A stretch of DNA of 64,000 nucleotides, from positions 3,371-67,370 of the forward strand of contig CAZBUD010000009.1 in NCBI GenBank assembly GCA_964495015.1. Direction: 5' to 3'. The DNA is from an uncultured Enterobacteriaceae bacterium. Its GTDB lineage: Bacteria; Desulfobacterota; Binatia; Bin18. The notes beneath the pieces were generated by a model. It was given only the letters and a program-made list of their open reading frames with translations. It was not told where the DNA came from and searched no databases. Of this stretch, positions 18,476 to 29,044 are shown piece by piece (position 1 is the first letter of the stretch; each line of letters opens with the position of its first letter). The position numbers and the translations under genes are program-made.

Positions 18476-19268
18476 TCACAAGTAAAGTGTCGAGCAAACC
18501 GCCTTGCAAGGTCGTTGGTCGTGGGCGGCGGTCAAAAAAAGCGCGGATGTGTGGATGATCGGTCTGCCGCACCGCATCCAGTGGACCGGCGGCAAGCACG
18601 CGTCCTGCGTCCAACATGACTGCGCGATCGGCAATCATTTGAATGCTGCCCAGCTCGTGGGTCACGATGATGATGGTCATGCTGAGTTGTTCTTTGAGCC
18701 GAAGAACTAATTCATCCAACTCCCGTGCGGTAATGGGATCGAGACCGGCAGAGAGTTCATCAAAAAGCAGCAGGGTTGGGTCCAAAGCCAGTGCGCGCGC
18801 GACTGCTGCTCGCTTTTTCATGCCTCCGCTGATTGTCGCCGGCAAGAGATGGGCCGCCCGCTCCAGGCCGACTAGGGAGAGCTTCATCCGAGCCAGCATG
18901 CGGGCGGTTTTTTGATCCGTCTTGGTGTGCTCGATAATAGGCAAGGCAATATTCTCTTCAAGAGTCATCGAATTAAAGAGTGCCCCCCCCTGAAACGACA
19001 TGCCCACATTCCGCAGAATATTTTCTCGTTCTCCTTCATTTGCTTGATGGAAATCGTGTCCGTCTATGAGGACGCGTCCGGCGGTTGGTGTCAGCAGCCC
19101 GACAATGTGACGTAAGAGTGTGGTTTTCCCGCAGCCGCTGCTGCCCAAAACGACAGTGATTTCACCGCGGTAGGCATCCAAGCTGATCCCGTCAAGGATT
19201 GTCCGGCCATCGTACTGGGCAACCAGGCCTTCAATCTGAACGTAGGGGCTGATGTCTGATGTTGGCAT
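18444..19268 (-). CDS. MlaF-like ABC ATP-binding protein
   Basis: GSSGCGKTT Walker A, ISGGMKKR signature, LLLFDE Walker B, VTHE. ATG at 19268 preferred. Confidence 0.9.
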   Translation of the reverse strand: MPTSDISPYVQIEGLVAQYDGRTILDGISLDAYRGEITVVLGSSGCGKTTLLRHIVGLLTPTAGRVLIDGHDFHQANEGERENILRNVGMSFQGGALFNSMTLEENIALPIIEHTKTDQKTARMLARMKLSLVGLERAAHLLPATISGGMKKRAAVARALALDPTLLLFDELSAGLDPITARELDELVLRLKEQLSMTIIIVTHELGSIQMIADRAVMLDAGRVLAAGPLDAVRQTDHPHIRAFFDRRPRPTTLQGGLLDTLLVNGEQHGTESA

Positions 19269-19297
19269 ACGATTTTCTGTGACCGCTGTATGATGGT

Positions 19298-20467
19298 CTA
19301 CGTCAGATAGAAGAATATCGTGGTGAACACCGCATCCGCTAAAATACACAACACGATAGAGGCAACCACAGATGCCGTGGTATTTGTCCCGACACCTTCT
19401 GCTCCACCATGCACATAAAAACCACGGTAGCAGGCAACAAGCCCAATCAGCAACGCAAAGACGAGACTTTTGACCATGCCGGTTGCCAGATCAATCATGA
19501 GCAATGCCTGCCCCGTCTGCTGTAAATAGTTCCGGCTGCCAAGGCCCAGTAACATCACGCCTATCCAGTATCCGCCGAAAACTCCGGTCAGATTCGACAG
19601 CACCGTCAAACATGGCACGGCACACAGCAAGGCGAGAATACGCGGCAGAAGGAGGAAGCGGCCCGGACTCAGGGCCATAGTTTGCATCGCGTCGATCTCT
19701 TCAGACACGACCATGGTGCCGAGCTCGGCGGTGATGGCCGAACCGCTGCGTCCAGCGACAATTATGGCGGTAATCAAAGGCGCCATCTCACGGGCCATTG
19801 AAACCGCAACGAGGTTGGCAATATAGATAGTCGCTCCAAATTGGCGCAGCTGACTGGCTGCATTGAGGGCTAAGACCGCGCCTACGAGAAAAGACAGAAA
19901 GGTGACAATGGGAACGCCGTCCACACCAATCTTGACAATTTGTTCGAAGGTTCGGTCCCATTTGATTCCTTTGCCACGCCAGGGGGCAAGAAAGAGCCAA
20001 TATGCGATTTCGCCAACCATTTCGAGCAAACGCCGGCCGGTGTTGACCGCGCTCAGCGTTTGTTCTCCCACATATTCCATAAGGGAAAGCTGCGCTGGCA
20101 ATTGTCTCGACTGATCCAGAATGCTGGCATCAAGGCCGGTAAAAGCTTGCTGGGCTTGGGCTGACAAACCAGTAAAGCGTACGGTCACTCCACGGTCTTT
20201 TCCCTGTTGTACGAGCCTGAGGAGCGCCGCGACCTCTAACCCCGCCAGGCGTGGAACCTTGCTAAGATCGAGCATATACTGTGAACCAGACGGCGCTCGT
20301 TCAACCTGGCGGGTGTGCTCGCGCACCAAGGAAAAGATCAGTGGTGACGTTTGCGATGGGCCTAGTCCGTCCTGTTCCAAAATATGTGTCGTCCTTTTCC
20401 CCGCTCGCCTCGGCCAACGGAAGCCCGGAAGCCCATGAATCAGCCTTGCCGAGGTGTGCGAACCCAT
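19298..20467 (-). CDS. MlaE-family permease with N-terminal STAS-like domain
   Basis: LDLSKVPRL...TVRFTG STAS remnant; REMAPLITAIIVAGRSGSAITAELGTM; GGAEGVG. Confidence 0.9.
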   Translation of the reverse strand: MGSHTSARLIHGLPGFRWPRRAGKRTTHILEQDGLGPSQTSPLIFSLVREHTRQVERAPSGSQYMLDLSKVPRLAGLEVAALLRLVQQGKDRGVTVRFTGLSAQAQQAFTGLDASILDQSRQLPAQLSLMEYVGEQTLSAVNTGRRLLEMVGEIAYWLFLAPWRGKGIKWDRTFEQIVKIGVDGVPIVTFLSFLVGAVLALNAASQLRQFGATIYIANLVAVSMAREMAPLITAIIVAGRSGSAITAELGTMVVSEEIDAMQTMALSPGRFLLLPRILALLCAVPCLTVLSNLTGVFGGYWIGVMLLGLGSRNYLQQTGQALLMIDLATGMVKSLVFALLIGLVACYRGFYVHGGAEGVGTNTTASVVASIVLCILADAVFTTIFFYLT

Positions 20468-20502
20468 TTCGCCTTTTTTGTCTTTTCATAGCATAACAGG
20501 AG

Positions 20503-20975
20503 ATGAGGGATGGAGTCATGATAGGAGGGGGAGGACAGCACCAGCAGGCGCGTGCCTGGATACTGCTATTCGTGTATCTGACGCTGGGCAGTTGTGGTGG
20601 GGGTGATGAGCAGAGGTCTGCCGCATCTGGTGTTGTGTCCACACATGAAGAAGAACTGTCTCGCAATGCCGAGGCTGACAAAAGAGGAGAAACGGCCGTT
20701 TCTGCGGGCCGGGTTGTTGCCAGCAGGAACCTTGGTATGATCGTATCCGGAGCGGGCAGTACTGCCGTCACCCGCTCGCTTGAAGTTCATGAAGAGCGTG
20801 TACAGGTTTCCTTGCCTCACCTGCAAGACGTGTACGAACGGGAGCGGCAGAAACAGCCGAATCTGATGGGCAGTGTGGACCTGTATTTGACCATTGAGCC
20901 AAATGGCAATGTCTCAGACTTGTGGTTCCCCAAAGCACGCGTTTCAGACGTGCGTTTCCTGGACGCCATAGCTCA
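20503..20975 (+). pseudogene. Truncated lipoprotein with AgmX/PglI (TonB-C-like) domain fragment
   Basis: Lipobox LGSC and LQDVYERE...PNLMGSVDLYLTIEPNGNVS. Similarity ends near 20970 and the ORF then runs antisense into the pepN 3' end. The end coordinate is approximate. Confidence 0.45.
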
Positions 20976-21069
20976 AAGGCCGCTCAGTCTCCAACCGTCG
21001 GCCTGGTTACCTACACCGCACGGACGCACAGCAAGTCGATGGGCCACGATAATCTCCAGCTCCCATAAG

Positions 21070-23634
21070 CTAGCATTTGCTGGGGAAATAGGTTTCCAAA
21101 CTTGCTGCTTCGCGCTGCTGACAAGCGACTGCAACCCGGAGTTTCTCCAAGTGCTGGTCCATCATTTTCCCACCCTGCGGAACCGGATGGGCGGTAAAGA
21201 AGTCTCTGACCTCAGCCTCAAGTTCGGGCGTTACCAGGGCTACAATGCCCTCGCACATACGGATAACAGAATTATCCGGAAACTTCGCCGCCATCTCGTC
21301 CCAGTGCTCTTGGAGGAAAGCCCAGGCCAGCTCGCGGCCATCGGTGTTCATCAGTAGTGAGCGCATAAGATAGGGTGCGTTTTGGGTCCGGACGTCCCCG
21401 TTCAGTGTCATGACGAGCGTCTGTTTGAGAAGATCCTGCTGCCGGAAGGCCGCCAGCGCAAACTGATAGCGCTGTTCTTCCTGTGGTGTCTTTGCCGTTT
21501 GTGAGGTCTGACGAAATTCTTCGTATACGTCTGGCCCCCCCGTATAAGCGAGAATCGAAACCAGGGAAGGGATGAGGTTGCGATCAACAGCGTTGCGATC
21601 GGCTTTATATTGCGCATACACAGTGAGCGCGTCTTCTTGTGTCGCTCGGTCGTCCCCCATCGTTCCCAAGGCTCCGAGCAGTTCTCCCCGTAACTGACTA
21701 ATGAGAGCATTCTCTCCATCTTTGGGGCTCCAGCCTAACTGCTGGGTTAGTGGACCGAGGAGGTCGCGAATCCGACGTTGCAGGGCTGGCCGCTGGGCCG
21801 GGCTCAGCAATCGATACAGGTAATGGCAAGGACCCAGAATCGCGGCCCAGACATTATGATCTGTCTCCTCACGAAACAAAGACAGCAGGTCGAGATAGGC
21901 GGTAAGCGGGGTGAGGCCAGCCTGGGCTGTAGCCCAGGTATCGCTGATGAGATTAAAGCGCTCAATCGATGAGAGCCGGGTGTGGATGTTTTCCGTTAGT
22001 TGACTGAGCATGTCTGGGCTATAACGGACGCGGTAAAATCCATGTCCACCCGCATTGACGACGGCCCAATTCGGGCTGCTGGACAATGACAGGCGGAGCT
22101 CTGTATCGCTGAGAAGGGCGGTCTGGGTTTGGACTTCACCGTTCACCTGGGCTTTGATAAAAATCGGCGCTTGCCAGTGTTTCTCGTCGTCCGTGCCGTT
22201 TTGGAGATAGTAAAACGGTTGCTGTGAGACAACGAGATCGGCACCGTCGGCCTCAACGGAAATCAAGGGATAGCCAGCCTGGAAGACCCAGGTATCCATC
22301 ATGGCCCGCACCGGCTGTTGGGTGGACTCTTCTATTGCGTCCCACAGATCGGTTGTTTCTGCACTGTCGTATTCATGCTTCTGCAGATAGCGGCTGATTC
22401 CCTTTTGAAACGCTGGCGGACCAAGATATTGTTCCAACATGCGCAGCACGGCTGCGCCTTTCTCATAGGTCAGAATGTCGAACATGGCAGCGGCCTCTTC
22501 GGGGTGTTTCACCGGGAACTCGATGGGACGGGAACTCTGGAGCCCGTCAACTTGTAACGCTGCCGCGCGGGAGACGGCAAAACTCGTCCAGCGCTGCCAT
22601 TCAGGTTTCCAATTATCGACGGCCATCATTTCCATAAAGGTGGCAAAGGCTTCATTCAGCCACAGGCCATTCCACCAGCGCATGGTGACCAGATCGCCAA
22701 ACCACATGTGCGCGTTCTCATGCGAGACCACGTCGGCAACACGTTCCAATTCACTCCGCGCGGCGGCATCCTCGTCGATGAGCAGCGCGGTTTCTCGAAA
22801 AGTGATCGCTCCCAGATTTTCCATTGCCCCGGCCGCAAAATCCGGAATAGCAATCAAGTCCAGCTTATCGCCCGGATACGGCCGTCCGTAATACTCGCTA
22901 AAAAATTGGAGAGAGGCGGCTCCAATCGCTTGCCCAAACTTCGTCAGATGCTGCTTGCCCGGTATAGAACATACACGCAGCGGCTTGCCGTCCACATAGG
23001 TTGGCTCGCTGGCCTCGAATTCTCCAACAATGAAGGCGACCAAATAGGTTGACATCTTCATGCTGTCGGCAAACACGACTTCTTTCTTCCCCGTGCCTGT
23101 TTGTGGGGTTTCGCGCACGATGGCCGCATTCGAGATAGCCGTTAGTCTTTCATCAATAACCAGTGTGACCTGGAAGACGGCTTTCAGGGCAGGCTCATCC
23201 CAACACGGAAACGCCCGTCGAGCGTCAGTTGATTCAAACTGGGTGGAAGCCAAAATGGTATCCTGACCATCGGCGTCCTTATAGCTGCTGCGGTAAAAGC
23301 CGTGCAACTTGTCATTGAGAATGCCTTCAAAAGAGATGTGGAGTTGCCACTCGCCCGGGCTGAGGACGCGCGGAAAATGCAGGACTGCCCGTTCAGCGGA
23401 CTCGTCGAAGATGGCACTCCCTTCGTCGGTGTTTCCATCTGCATCGACAATCCAGACCTTTTGGAATGTCAGTTCGCAGGCATTCAACACAATTTCTTGC
23501 GTAGGCTCTTTGACCGTGACCGTGACGCTTTCTTCGCCGGCGAATGTAAAATGTGTGAGGTCTGGGGTCAGCCGAATGGCATACCGTTCAGGGTAGGTTG
23601 TTTCAGGTAGCTTGTAGGATAGCGTCTCTGTCAT
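21070..23634 (-). CDS. pepN: M1-family aminopeptidase (aminopeptidase N/puromycin-sensitive type, ERAP1-like C-terminus)
   Basis: GAMEN and HENAH-x18-E (NEAFA) motifs, YEKG; ATG at 23634 with GGAG RBS. Confidence 0.92.
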   Translation of the reverse strand: MTETLSYKLPETTYPERYAIRLTPDLTHFTFAGEESVTVTVKEPTQEIVLNACELTFQKVWIVDADGNTDEGSAIFDESAERAVLHFPRVLSPGEWQLHISFEGILNDKLHGFYRSSYKDADGQDTILASTQFESTDARRAFPCWDEPALKAVFQVTLVIDERLTAISNAAIVRETPQTGTGKKEVVFADSMKMSTYLVAFIVGEFEASEPTYVDGKPLRVCSIPGKQHLTKFGQAIGAASLQFFSEYYGRPYPGDKLDLIAIPDFAAGAMENLGAITFRETALLIDEDAAARSELERVADVVSHENAHMWFGDLVTMRWWNGLWLNEAFATFMEMMAVDNWKPEWQRWTSFAVSRAAALQVDGLQSSRPIEFPVKHPEEAAAMFDILTYEKGAAVLRMLEQYLGPPAFQKGISRYLQKHEYDSAETTDLWDAIEESTQQPVRAMMDTWVFQAGYPLISVEADGADLVVSQQPFYYLQNGTDDEKHWQAPIFIKAQVNGEVQTQTALLSDTELRLSLSSSPNWAVVNAGGHGFYRVRYSPDMLSQLTENIHTRLSSIERFNLISDTWATAQAGLTPLTAYLDLLSLFREETDHNVWAAILGPCHYLYRLLSPAQRPALQRRIRDLLGPLTQQLGWSPKDGENALISQLRGELLGALGTMGDDRATQEDALTVYAQYKADRNAVDRNLIPSLVSILAYTGGPDVYEEFRQTSQTAKTPQEEQRYQFALAAFRQQDLLKQTLVMTLNGDVRTQNAPYLMRSLLMNTDGRELAWAFLQEHWDEMAAKFPDNSVIRMCEGIVALVTPELEAEVRDFFTAHPVPQGGKMMDQHLEKLRVAVACQQREAASLETYFPSKC

Positions 23635-23868
23635 AATGACTCCGTGGGGGCATAATGACTGTGTGGGAAAGCCTTCCGCTTTCCGCATTGCCCATTGCCC
23701 ATTGTGCTTGAGGATAGTGAAAGATTAGGGATACCAGAAGCGGTTTGTCTTTGGCAAATGGCTCCCCTCTGCCTTGTAGGGTTTCTGGAGGCTGCGGGGG
23801 GCATGCTTGTACAGCCATGATGATCGCGATATTGAAACGGAAGAGCCCATGCGCAGCACGAGGATGTT

Positions 23869-24192
23869 ATGAGCGACCAGCATGATCGTGACACAGATAT
23901 CGACCACGGCACTATTACTGAAACTGAAAAAAAAACCAAGCAGCCGCCTCTGTACAAGGTCCTGTTGCACAATGATGATTACACGACTATGGAGTTCGTT
24001 GTGTACATCCTCCAGACCGTATTCCGCCACGATGCGACCCAGGCCACACAAGTCATGCTGCACGTCCATCGTCAGGGAACTGGGGTGGCTGGTGTATACA
24101 CCTACGAAGTTGCTGAAGCGAAGGTCTCGCGTGCGGAGGGCTTAGCCCAAAAGCACGAGTTTCCTTTGAAATGCAGTATGGAAGAGGCGTAA
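23869..24192 (+). CDS. clpS: ATP-dependent Clp protease adaptor ClpS
   Basis: YKVLLHNDDYTTMEFVV, MLHVHRQG.GVAGVY..EVAE, FPLKC. Confidence 0.95.
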   Translation: MSDQHDRDTDIDHGTITETEKKTKQPPLYKVLLHNDDYTTMEFVVYILQTVFRHDATQATQVMLHVHRQGTGVAGVYTYEVAEAKVSRAEGLAQKHEFPLKCSMEEA

Positions 24193-24213
24193 CAAGCGGT
24201 AGGGAGTCCTCCA

Positions 24214-26529
24214 ATGCGAATTAGTCGGGAACTTGAGGTGACGATTAGCCTGGCGATCAACGAGGCACGCCGCCGACGGCATGAGTTTTTGTGTCTTGAG
24301 CATGTGTTGCATGCTCTGCTTTTCGACGAGACGGTAGCAGAAGTCGTTCGGCAATGCGGTGGAGATGTGAAAACCCTCCAGAACGATCTTGAGGAGTTTC
24401 TCAAGGAAAATTTAGAGTCGCTGCCTGAAGAAGCCGGCGATATCGACCCGCAGCAAACTTTGGCGTTTCATCGTGTCCTGCAACGCGCTGCATTACATGT
24501 CGAGTCTGCAAGCAAAGAAGTTGTTGAAACCCGAAATTTCTTTGTGGCGTTGTTTCGTGAAGACAATAGCCACGCGGTGTACTTATTGGAAAAGCAGGGC
24601 GTGACCCGGCTCGACGTGCTGAACTACATCTCGCACGGTGTCTCCAAAACACCGTCGGACGAAGAGCCTGCGCCTGGCTCTGGGCAAGGAGAAAGCTCTT
24701 CAGACGAAGAAGGTGAGCCACGTCGTGCGAAAGATCCGCTTGAGGCGTTTACCACCAACCTGGTGCAAAAGGCCAAAGATGGCAAGGTTGATCCGCTTAT
24801 CGGTAGAGAAGTCGAGCTTGAGCGGACAATCCATGTGCTGTGTCGGCGGCGTAAGAATAATCCCATCTACGTCGGGGATTCCGGGGTGGGTAAGACCGCG
24901 ATTGCAGATGGCCTTGCGCTCAAGATCTCCGAAGGCGATGTGCCCGATGTGTTAAAAGACGTCCAGATCTACTCCCTCGATATGGGCTCTGTGTTGGCGG
25001 GCACGAAGTTCCGTGGTCAGTTTGAAGAACGCCTCAAGGCGGTTCTCAAGGCCCTTGAAAAGCAGCCCGGTGCAGTGCTGTTTATTGATGAGATCCACAC
25101 CATTGTTGGTGCTGGCGCAACCAGCGGCGGATCCATGGACGCGTCGAATATTCTTAAGCCTGCACTGGCGTCCGGGACATTACGCTGTATTGGCGCCACA
25201 ACTTACCATGAGTACCGGAGTTATTTTGAACGCGATCGGGCGCTGGCACGTCGGTTCCAAAAAATCGAGGTGCAGGAGCCTAGCGTCGAAGAGGCGGTTG
25301 AGATCCTCAAGGGACTCAAGCCACATTACGAAGAGCACCACGGCGTAGAGTATACGCCTGACGCGCTCAAGGCTGCGGCCGAACTTTCGGCTAAATATAT
25401 CAACGACCGTTTTCTGCCGGATAAAGCCATCGATGTGATTGACGAGGTCGGCGCGTCTTTCCAGATTCGTCCTGCCCCAGAGGCGGACGGAAAGAAGATT
25501 ATTCACGACGCGGACGTCGAATCGATTGTGGCCAAGATCGCTCGTATACCGCCTCGCAGTGTGTCCGTTTCGGACAAGGAACGCCTGCAGAGTCTGGATG
25601 TGGATCTCAAGGGTGTCGTGTTTGGTCAGGACACGGCCATCGAAACCCTGGTTCGGGCCATCCGGCTCGCCCGGGCAGGACTAGGCCAACCCGAGAAACC
25701 GGTTGGCTCTTTCTTATTCTCAGGGCCGACCGGGGTGGGCAAAACCGAAGTCGCCAAACAGCTTGCCGAGACCATGGGGCTAGAATTCCTACGTTTCGAC
25801 ATGAGTGAGTACATGGAGAAACATACCGTGTCGCGTCTGATCGGTGCGCCTCCAGGCTATGTCGGCTTTGATCAAGGTGGACTACTGACAGAAGCGGTGA
25901 CGCGTAACCCGCATTCCGTGCTGTTGCTGGATGAGATCGAGAAGGCCCATCCTGATTTGTTCAATATCCTCTTGCAGGTCATGGACCATGCGACCCTGAC
26001 CGATAACAATGGTAAAAAGGCCGACTTTCGACATGTCATTATTATTATGACGAGTAATGCCGGGACGCGGGAAATGTCTGCCGCCGCGATTGGCTTTGGC
26101 GATATCTCGAATGAGGGTAAAGATCAGCAGGCGATAGAGAAGCTTTTTAGTCCGGAATTCCGCAACCGTTTGGATGCAACGGTTCATTTCCGTGCTTTGC
26201 CGATGCAAGCTATTGAGCGCGTGGTGGAGAAATTCGTCAGAGAACTCACCCAGCAACTCACCGAACGCAAGGTCACGATCTCGTTGACGCCTGCTGCCCG
26301 GCGCTATCTGGCAGAAAAGGGCTATGACAAGACCTTCGGCGCTCGGTCTATGGCGCGCTTGATCCAGACTGAGGTCAAGCAAGTCCTGGCGGATGAAATT
26401 TTATTTGGACAGCTCGAAGAGGGCGGAGAAGTCGAGATCGACTTGGATGACGGGAAGCTGACCTTTTCCTATGCGCCTACGGCAAGTGATAAAGAAGAGT
26501 TGGCTGAACCGGCGGAGACGGTTGAGTAA
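24214..26529 (+). CDS. clpA: ATP-dependent Clp protease ATP-binding subunit ClpA
   Basis: N-domain, two AAA modules (GDSGVGKT, GPTGVGKT), RFDMSEYME; follows clpS. Confidence 0.95.
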   Translation: MRISRELEVTISLAINEARRRRHEFLCLEHVLHALLFDETVAEVVRQCGGDVKTLQNDLEEFLKENLESLPEEAGDIDPQQTLAFHRVLQRAALHVESASKEVVETRNFFVALFREDNSHAVYLLEKQGVTRLDVLNYISHGVSKTPSDEEPAPGSGQGESSSDEEGEPRRAKDPLEAFTTNLVQKAKDGKVDPLIGREVELERTIHVLCRRRKNNPIYVGDSGVGKTAIADGLALKISEGDVPDVLKDVQIYSLDMGSVLAGTKFRGQFEERLKAVLKALEKQPGAVLFIDEIHTIVGAGATSGGSMDASNILKPALASGTLRCIGATTYHEYRSYFERDRALARRFQKIEVQEPSVEEAVEILKGLKPHYEEHHGVEYTPDALKAAAELSAKYINDRFLPDKAIDVIDEVGASFQIRPAPEADGKKIIHDADVESIVAKIARIPPRSVSVSDKERLQSLDVDLKGVVFGQDTAIETLVRAIRLARAGLGQPEKPVGSFLFSGPTGVGKTEVAKQLAETMGLEFLRFDMSEYMEKHTVSRLIGAPPGYVGFDQGGLLTEAVTRNPHSVLLLDEIEKAHPDLFNILLQVMDHATLTDNNGKKADFRHVIIIMTSNAGTREMSAAAIGFGDISNEGKDQQAIEKLFSPEFRNRLDATVHFRALPMQAIERVVEKFVRELTQQLTERKVTISLTPAARRYLAEKGYDKTFGARSMARLIQTEVKQVLADEILFGQLEEGGEVEIDLDDGKLTFSYAPTASDKEELAEPAETVE

Positions 26530-27230
26530 CCGGGGTGCCGTTGTCAATCCGCATCTTGACCGGTTCAAGAGAACTGACGCTGAATCTGTACCGCGTCGCT
26601 CGCACCAGGTAAGTCCGAGCATCCATATAGTAGCCGGAGCTGTTCACACTCAGTCCGTGAACAGGGTTGGTTTCAGCCGTAAGAATGAAGAGACCAGGGT
26701 CCTTCAGTGCTCTGAACGCGGCCTGGAAAACGTGACGGGGGTCACCGATATGTTCAAACACACCGGCGGCAACAATCACATCATACCGACCGGCTTTTGC
26801 TCCAGGAATGGGTAGATGTCTGCGACTTCTAGCTCGGTTTAGATGTTGCGCTCTGGCGCGCATCTGAGGTGATAAGCCCACACCTTCGAGGTGCTTTGCC
26901 AGCGGTCGCACGGCTTGGCCGCATAGGCCGGTACCGCAACCTAGGTCAAGAATATCGACTTTTTCTTTACAGTGTTTCCGTAATGCCGCAAGGATAATCT
27001 GCGGACACTGGTAGTGCAGACTGTCGACCAACTTCTGATCGTACGAGGCCGCGTAGTTGTCATAGTAGCGTGTAATATAGGATGCTGCTGGCTGCGCCGG
27101 GACTGCCTCTGCGCCCGTATGGGCGAGCAGCATCCTGGCACCTAAGCGATCCTCCGGCACAAGACGCAGATAGTGGCGCAGGTGAAGGCTGGCCTGTTGT
27201 AAATCATTACACGAGATGAAGAGCCTACCT
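26477..27230 (-). pseudogene. Degraded TPR + SAM-dependent methyltransferase
   Basis: LDLGCGTG motif and a TPR-like remnant upstream (LQQASLHLRHYLRL). An internal segment reads ancestral-like only in another frame that contains TAA (RNI*TELEVADIYPFLEQK). The natural stop is lost and the ORF overlaps the clpA end. Confidence 0.6.
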
Positions 27231-27404
27231 CGATTAGAGTCAATCCGGTAGTCTGTATACGCCCCATCCCCTGCGAGTCTGAATATGAGTATAGGTCATT
27301 GTCATGCTCACGTCACGGTGGCTAAGTAATTCTTGGCCGCTGGACCTCCCTTTGGTATACCTATATGCATTCCGCATGAATCCTTCCCCGAAAACGAGAA
27401 TTTG

Positions 27405-28463
27405 ATGGATTTTGGAGTCACCTTTCCGTCTCGTGTCGGAGATTTTGAACTGGTCGAACTGGCCGAACGGCTCGGCTATCGTCAAGCCTGGTTCTACGAT
27501 TCGCAGATGATCTATTCGGACGTCTATGCGACCATGGCCTTGGCCGCGTTTAAGACCTCTAAAATCCGACTTGGAACAGGTGTCGCCGTACCAACTACAC
27601 GTATGGCGCCGACAGTTGCCCACTCGATCGCAACGATTAACCAGCTTGCCCCGGGCCGTGTGGAATTGGGAGTCGGAACCGGCAACACGGCTCGTCTGAC
27701 GATGGGCCTGCGACCGATTACGCTGTCGCGCATGAAAAAAGAAGTACGCTTGATCCAAACCTTACTGGCTGGTGAGACAGGCAGCCTACAAGAAGAAGGC
27801 GAAGAGCATCCGGTTCGTTTTCTGCATCCGAGTAGAAGCTATATCAATCTGAAAGATCACATTACGGTCAGCATCTCAGCTCTCGGTCCGAAGACCTTGC
27901 AGTATTGCGGCTTGGAAGCCGACGGCCATATCACCTGGGGCATCGATTCTGACGGATTGCACACTGCGCGCTCGATCATTGACGAAGCGGCCCAGAAGCG
28001 CGGCAAAACGCCGAGTGATGTTCCCTCAAAATGCTTTTTCCCGACCGCCGTCCTCGCACCAGGCGAATCTACCACAACGCCGCGCATTATGAGTCTGGTT
28101 GCGCCGTTCATCATGAATTTCCTACACGTCCAGGTGGAATGGGGCAGCGATCTCCTGCCGCCTGTTCCCGCACTCGCCGAATGGGTTGAACGCTACAAAC
28201 GGTATGCGTCAGCGTTGCCTGCAGAATCGCGTCACCTCACCTTGCACGAAGGACATATCATTTATCCCCGTGAAGATGAGAAAGAGTTCATCGTGCCAGA
28301 GTTAGCAGACGTGGTTGCTATGATCGGTGAACCGGATGAGCTCATTGACCGTATGCACAAGCTTGAAGATGCCGGTCTGTCCCATTTTGCTTTTCAGGTC
28401 ATGGACGACGATCCGGTTCGACAGATGACGGACTTTGCGGAGAGGGTGATGGGGAAGTATTGA
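27405..28463 (+). CDS. LLM class flavin-dependent oxidoreductase (Mer-like)
   Basis: MDFGVTF...AERLGYRQAWFYDSQM, IRLGTGV, PGRVELGVGTG. Confidence 0.88.
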   Translation: MDFGVTFPSRVGDFELVELAERLGYRQAWFYDSQMIYSDVYATMALAAFKTSKIRLGTGVAVPTTRMAPTVAHSIATINQLAPGRVELGVGTGNTARLTMGLRPITLSRMKKEVRLIQTLLAGETGSLQEEGEEHPVRFLHPSRSYINLKDHITVSISALGPKTLQYCGLEADGHITWGIDSDGLHTARSIIDEAAQKRGKTPSDVPSKCFFPTAVLAPGESTTTPRIMSLVAPFIMNFLHVQVEWGSDLLPPVPALAEWVERYKRYASALPAESRHLTLHEGHIIYPREDEKEFIVPELADVVAMIGEPDELIDRMHKLEDAGLSHFAFQVMDDDPVRQMTDFAERVMGKY

Positions 28464-28490
28464 GAGGCTATCCGAATAACGCTTTCAAGG

Positions 28491-28565
28491 TGTCATATTG
28501 AGCGCAGCGAAACCACTCAACTCCACTCCTGGGGGAGAGATTCTTCGCTGCGCTCGGAACGACAG
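28491..28565. repeat. Inverted-repeat element (GAGCGCAGCGAA...TTCGCTGCGCTC), MITE/REP-like
   Basis: Perfect 12-bp IR at 28500-28511 and 28544-28555, flanked by TGTC...GACA. Confidence 0.7.
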
Positions 28566-28596
28566 AACCGGGCGCCTATGGTTAATCGGATAGGGA

Positions 28597-28863
28597 CTAA
28601 GAGGGGGCTCCTCCGCGCCATTGCCAGGATTCCCGCCCGCCCGAAGGGCTGGTGTCTACTTCCTCGTAAAGGTTCGACTTGGTTACTTTTGGGAGAAGCT
28701 GGCTCAGTGTGACCTTCTTTCTTTTTGTTGGGATGACGACAAGTTTCCCGTCTGTGACGCGAAGATCCACAAAGGTTCCCTCTGACAACTGTGTTTTCGC
28801 AGCAATCGGTTATGGAATGCGCAAGACTAAGCCGTTGCCCCACTTTTGAACTTGAACGTGCAT
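28597..28863 (-). pseudogene. mazE: MazE/AbrB-type antitoxin with internal TAA; cognate toxin reduced to its first codons
   Basis: MHVQVQKWGNGLVLRIP*PIAAKTQLSEG...TLSQLLPKVT...EVDT. A downstream overlapping ATG (28621, MARR) has no recognisable MazF body. Confidence 0.8.
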
Positions 28864-29044
28864 AAAAATCCTTCTCGCGCCAGTGTCAACAGAGAAGATA
28901 TAGTACTGGCCTCACGGGTCAACGGAACGCGTGAGCATAGAAGGGTTGATTGATTTTGTGATTCTTTATTGGCTTGGTCATGATAAAGAAGCCCCTCACT
29001 CTATCTCTCGCCCAGCGGGAGAGAGGACAAATAAAGGAGCATTT

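Noticed and set aside
20975-21357. Long antisense overlap of ORF 20503-21357 with pepN
   Set aside because: The tail beyond about 20975 is non-protein-like run-on from a truncated gene through the pepN antisense strand.
28810-28815. Recoding of the in-frame stop in mazE
   Set aside because: The stop is TAA, with no recoding signal, and the cognate toxin is deleted.
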